64,000 nucleotides of DNA, taken from contig NC_068982.1 in the NCBI RefSeq assembly GCF_001194135.2, positions 15,789,974 to 15,853,973 on the forward strand, written 5' to 3'. Positions 62,072-64,000 of the stretch are shown here, one piece after another. Both the position numbers and the translations under genes were made by a program. The stretch comes from Octopus bimaculoides (taxonomy: Eukaryota). Position 1 is the first letter of the stretch, and the number at the start of each line of letters is the position of its first letter. The notes below the pieces were generated by a model that was given only the letters and a program-made list of their open reading frames with translations, had not been told where the DNA came from and searched no databases.

Positions 62072-62597
62072 CAGGGTGTCCACAAAGTCTGGGTACATGG
62101 AGTAAATAAAATCATAACATAAGCAATTAGGCGTAGGAGTGGCTGTGTGGTAAGTAGCTTGCTTACCAACCACATGGTTCCGGGTTCAGTCCCACTGCAT
62201 GGCACCTTGGGCAAGTGTCTTCTACTATAGCCTCGGGCCAACCAAAGCCTTGTGAGTGGATTTGGTAGACGGAAACTGAAAGAAGCCCATCGTATATATG
62301 TATATATGTGTGTGTGTGTGTATATGTTTATGTTTGTCCCCCCCAACATCGCTTGACAACCGATGCTGGTGTGTTTACATCCCCCGTCACTTAGCGGTTC
62401 GGCAAAAGAGACCGATAGAATAAGTACTAGGCTTACAAAGAATAAGTCCTGGGGTCGACTTGCTTGACTAAAGGCGGTGCTCCAGCATCGCCGCAGTCAA
62501 ATGACTGAAACAAGTAAAAGAGTAATTAAATATAAGAAATAATAATTTCTTAAAGTATGTGTTAATCTCCATGTACCCAGACTTTATGGACACCCTG
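62072..62597. mobile_element. Tc1/mariner-type MITE with 31-bp TIRs and TA TSD
   Basis: TA-CAGGGTGTCCACAAAGTCTGGGTACATGGAG ... CTCCATGTACCCAGACTTTATGGACACCCTG-TA (1 mismatch). Confidence 0.9.
62129..62525 (+). mobile_element. Full-length family A tRNA-like SINE (reference copy; about 20 further full or partial copies, e.g. 10845-11215, 26335-26660, 28228-28655, 50500-50835, 59440-59830, 63771-63940)
   Basis: ggcgtaggagtggctgtgtggtaag head, ggttcagtccc B-box, internal (TA)/(TG)n and gactgaaacaagtaaaagagtaa tail. Confidence 0.9.
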
Positions 62598-63009
62598 TAG
62601 AATTAAACATTGGCCTCTAATTCTAGAAGTACACAATCATATCATATCATCAAAATCTTAAAGCTACAAAATAATACATGAACAATTTTTAGAAAATGTG
62701 AATAGATAAGGATTATGGTTGACAGAGTAATCTGAATACTAAAGGGTTAAACGTGCTAAAATAATATTCAAAGTGGTTTATATGATCAGAAATATAATTT
62801 CAGTGTTCATGGCGTCAAAATGAAGATCTGATGAAAGACTTTGAAATCCAAAAAGTAGGAGAAAAATTTTCAAATATAAATTAAGTGGAAGCATATGAAA
62901 AAAAGAAACATTATTTTCCATTTTACTGATAGTTTTTGTTTCATTTTGAAAAATAGAAATTTATTTTATGGTTTATTATTGTTTATTTTTTGAATTAGAT
63001 ATATATGGG

Positions 63010-63455
63010 CATAAGCAGCCCTCTCAAAAGTACTTTGGGTCGTAGGGTGACATGCTGTGCTTGAGGAGACCTATTGAGTCAAGTACATCAACATCAGCAA
63101 TATCAAAATCAAATCAAATGGAATTTGTAGTTGTGAGCCCCATACCGGTAGCACGTAAAAAGCACCATCCGAATGTGGCCAATGCCAGTTTCGCTTTGAC
63201 TGGCTTCCATGCCGGTAGCATGTAAAAAATACCATCCGATTGTGGTCGATGCCAGCTCCTCTGGCCTCTGTGCCAGTGGCACATAAAAAGAACCCACTAC
63301 ACTCTCGGCGTGGTTGGCATTAGGAAGGGCATCCAGCTGTAGAAACACTGCCAGATCAGATTGTAGCCTGGTGCAGCCTCCTGGCTTCCCAGACCCCAGT
63401 CGAACTGTCCAACCCACGCCAGCATGGAAAACGGACTTTAAATGATTATGATGAG
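63010..63455 (+). mobile_element. Family C retroposon
   Basis: Three subrepeats, the ttaggaagggcatccagctgtagaaac core and a (GAT)-like tail. Confidence 0.8.
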
Positions 63456-64000
63456 GGCACCAAAATCTTTTCAGTGCTAAGGGTTTCTATGGATCTTGAT
63501 CCCTGCAGCATTGCCCTAATATCTAACTGATCTTATTGCTGTTATCTTTTTTGCTTGGTATCATATATTTTTTTAGAATTTAAACACTCTTTGAGGGAGC
63601 TTTTGTTGTCTAATTGTGTATGGATAATTTCAGTTGAAATTATTCATGCAATTAGAGGCTATACGCAGAAGATGACACATGCTTAACATGTCATGCAATG
63701 GAAGTGAACTGGAGACCATGTGGCTTCGAGGAAACAAACTTCATAACCACACTGCTAGATGGAAATTTTTAGGCGGAGGAGTGGCTGTGTGGTAAGTAGC
63801 TTGCTCACCTACCACATGGTTCCGGTTTCAGTCCCACTGAGTAGCACCTTGGGCAAGTGTCTTCTACTATAGCCTCGGGCTGACCAAAGCCTTGTGAGTG
63901 GATTTGGCAGACGGAAACTGAAAGAAGCCCGTCGCATATATGTATGTGTGTGTATATATATATGTATATATATATATATATATATGTTTATGCATATATA

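Larger units (their letters stand above)
61987..62746 (-). mobile_element. piggyBac-like MITE (family P) hosting a nested Tc1-like MITE and a SINE
   Basis: TTAA-CCCTT at 61983-61991 and AAAGGG-TTAA at 62741-62750. Confidence 0.75.

Overview
This is eukaryotic, AT-rich, repeat-saturated draft-assembly DNA with about 4.5 kb of N gaps and abundant (TA)n, (CA)n and (ATT)n. The SINE families resemble those I recall from Octopus, so a coleoid cephalopod source is likely (inference). One protein-coding gene crosses the window on the + strand. I could splice six exons by hand (15230-15331, 29052-29275, 49584-49647, 53479-55496, 55791-56031, 58804-58947) with canonical GT-AG sites and matching phases into an uninterrupted 931-aa partial protein. 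It has an N-terminal PH domain, a long Pro/Ser-rich linker with a 7x hexapeptide repeat, and two PDZ-like domains; the last exon(s) were not found. Most of these exons are missing from, or mis-framed in, the supplied ORF track. The rest is transposon debris: several tRNA-like SINE families, RTE, R4/Dong and L1/Tx1-like LINE remnants, a full-length dead mariner, a DD37D-type Tc1/mariner, a fossil hAT transposase, piggyBac-like and Tc1-like MITEs, a Helentron-like element, foldback palindromes and satellites. The most unusual signal is a 384-bp intronic unit bounded by 72-bp direct repeats (period 312 bp) that carries a near-canonical minimal type I hammerhead ribozyme core, resembling a retrozyme or Penelope pseudo-LTR. 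No CRISPR array, rRNA or true tRNA gene is supported.
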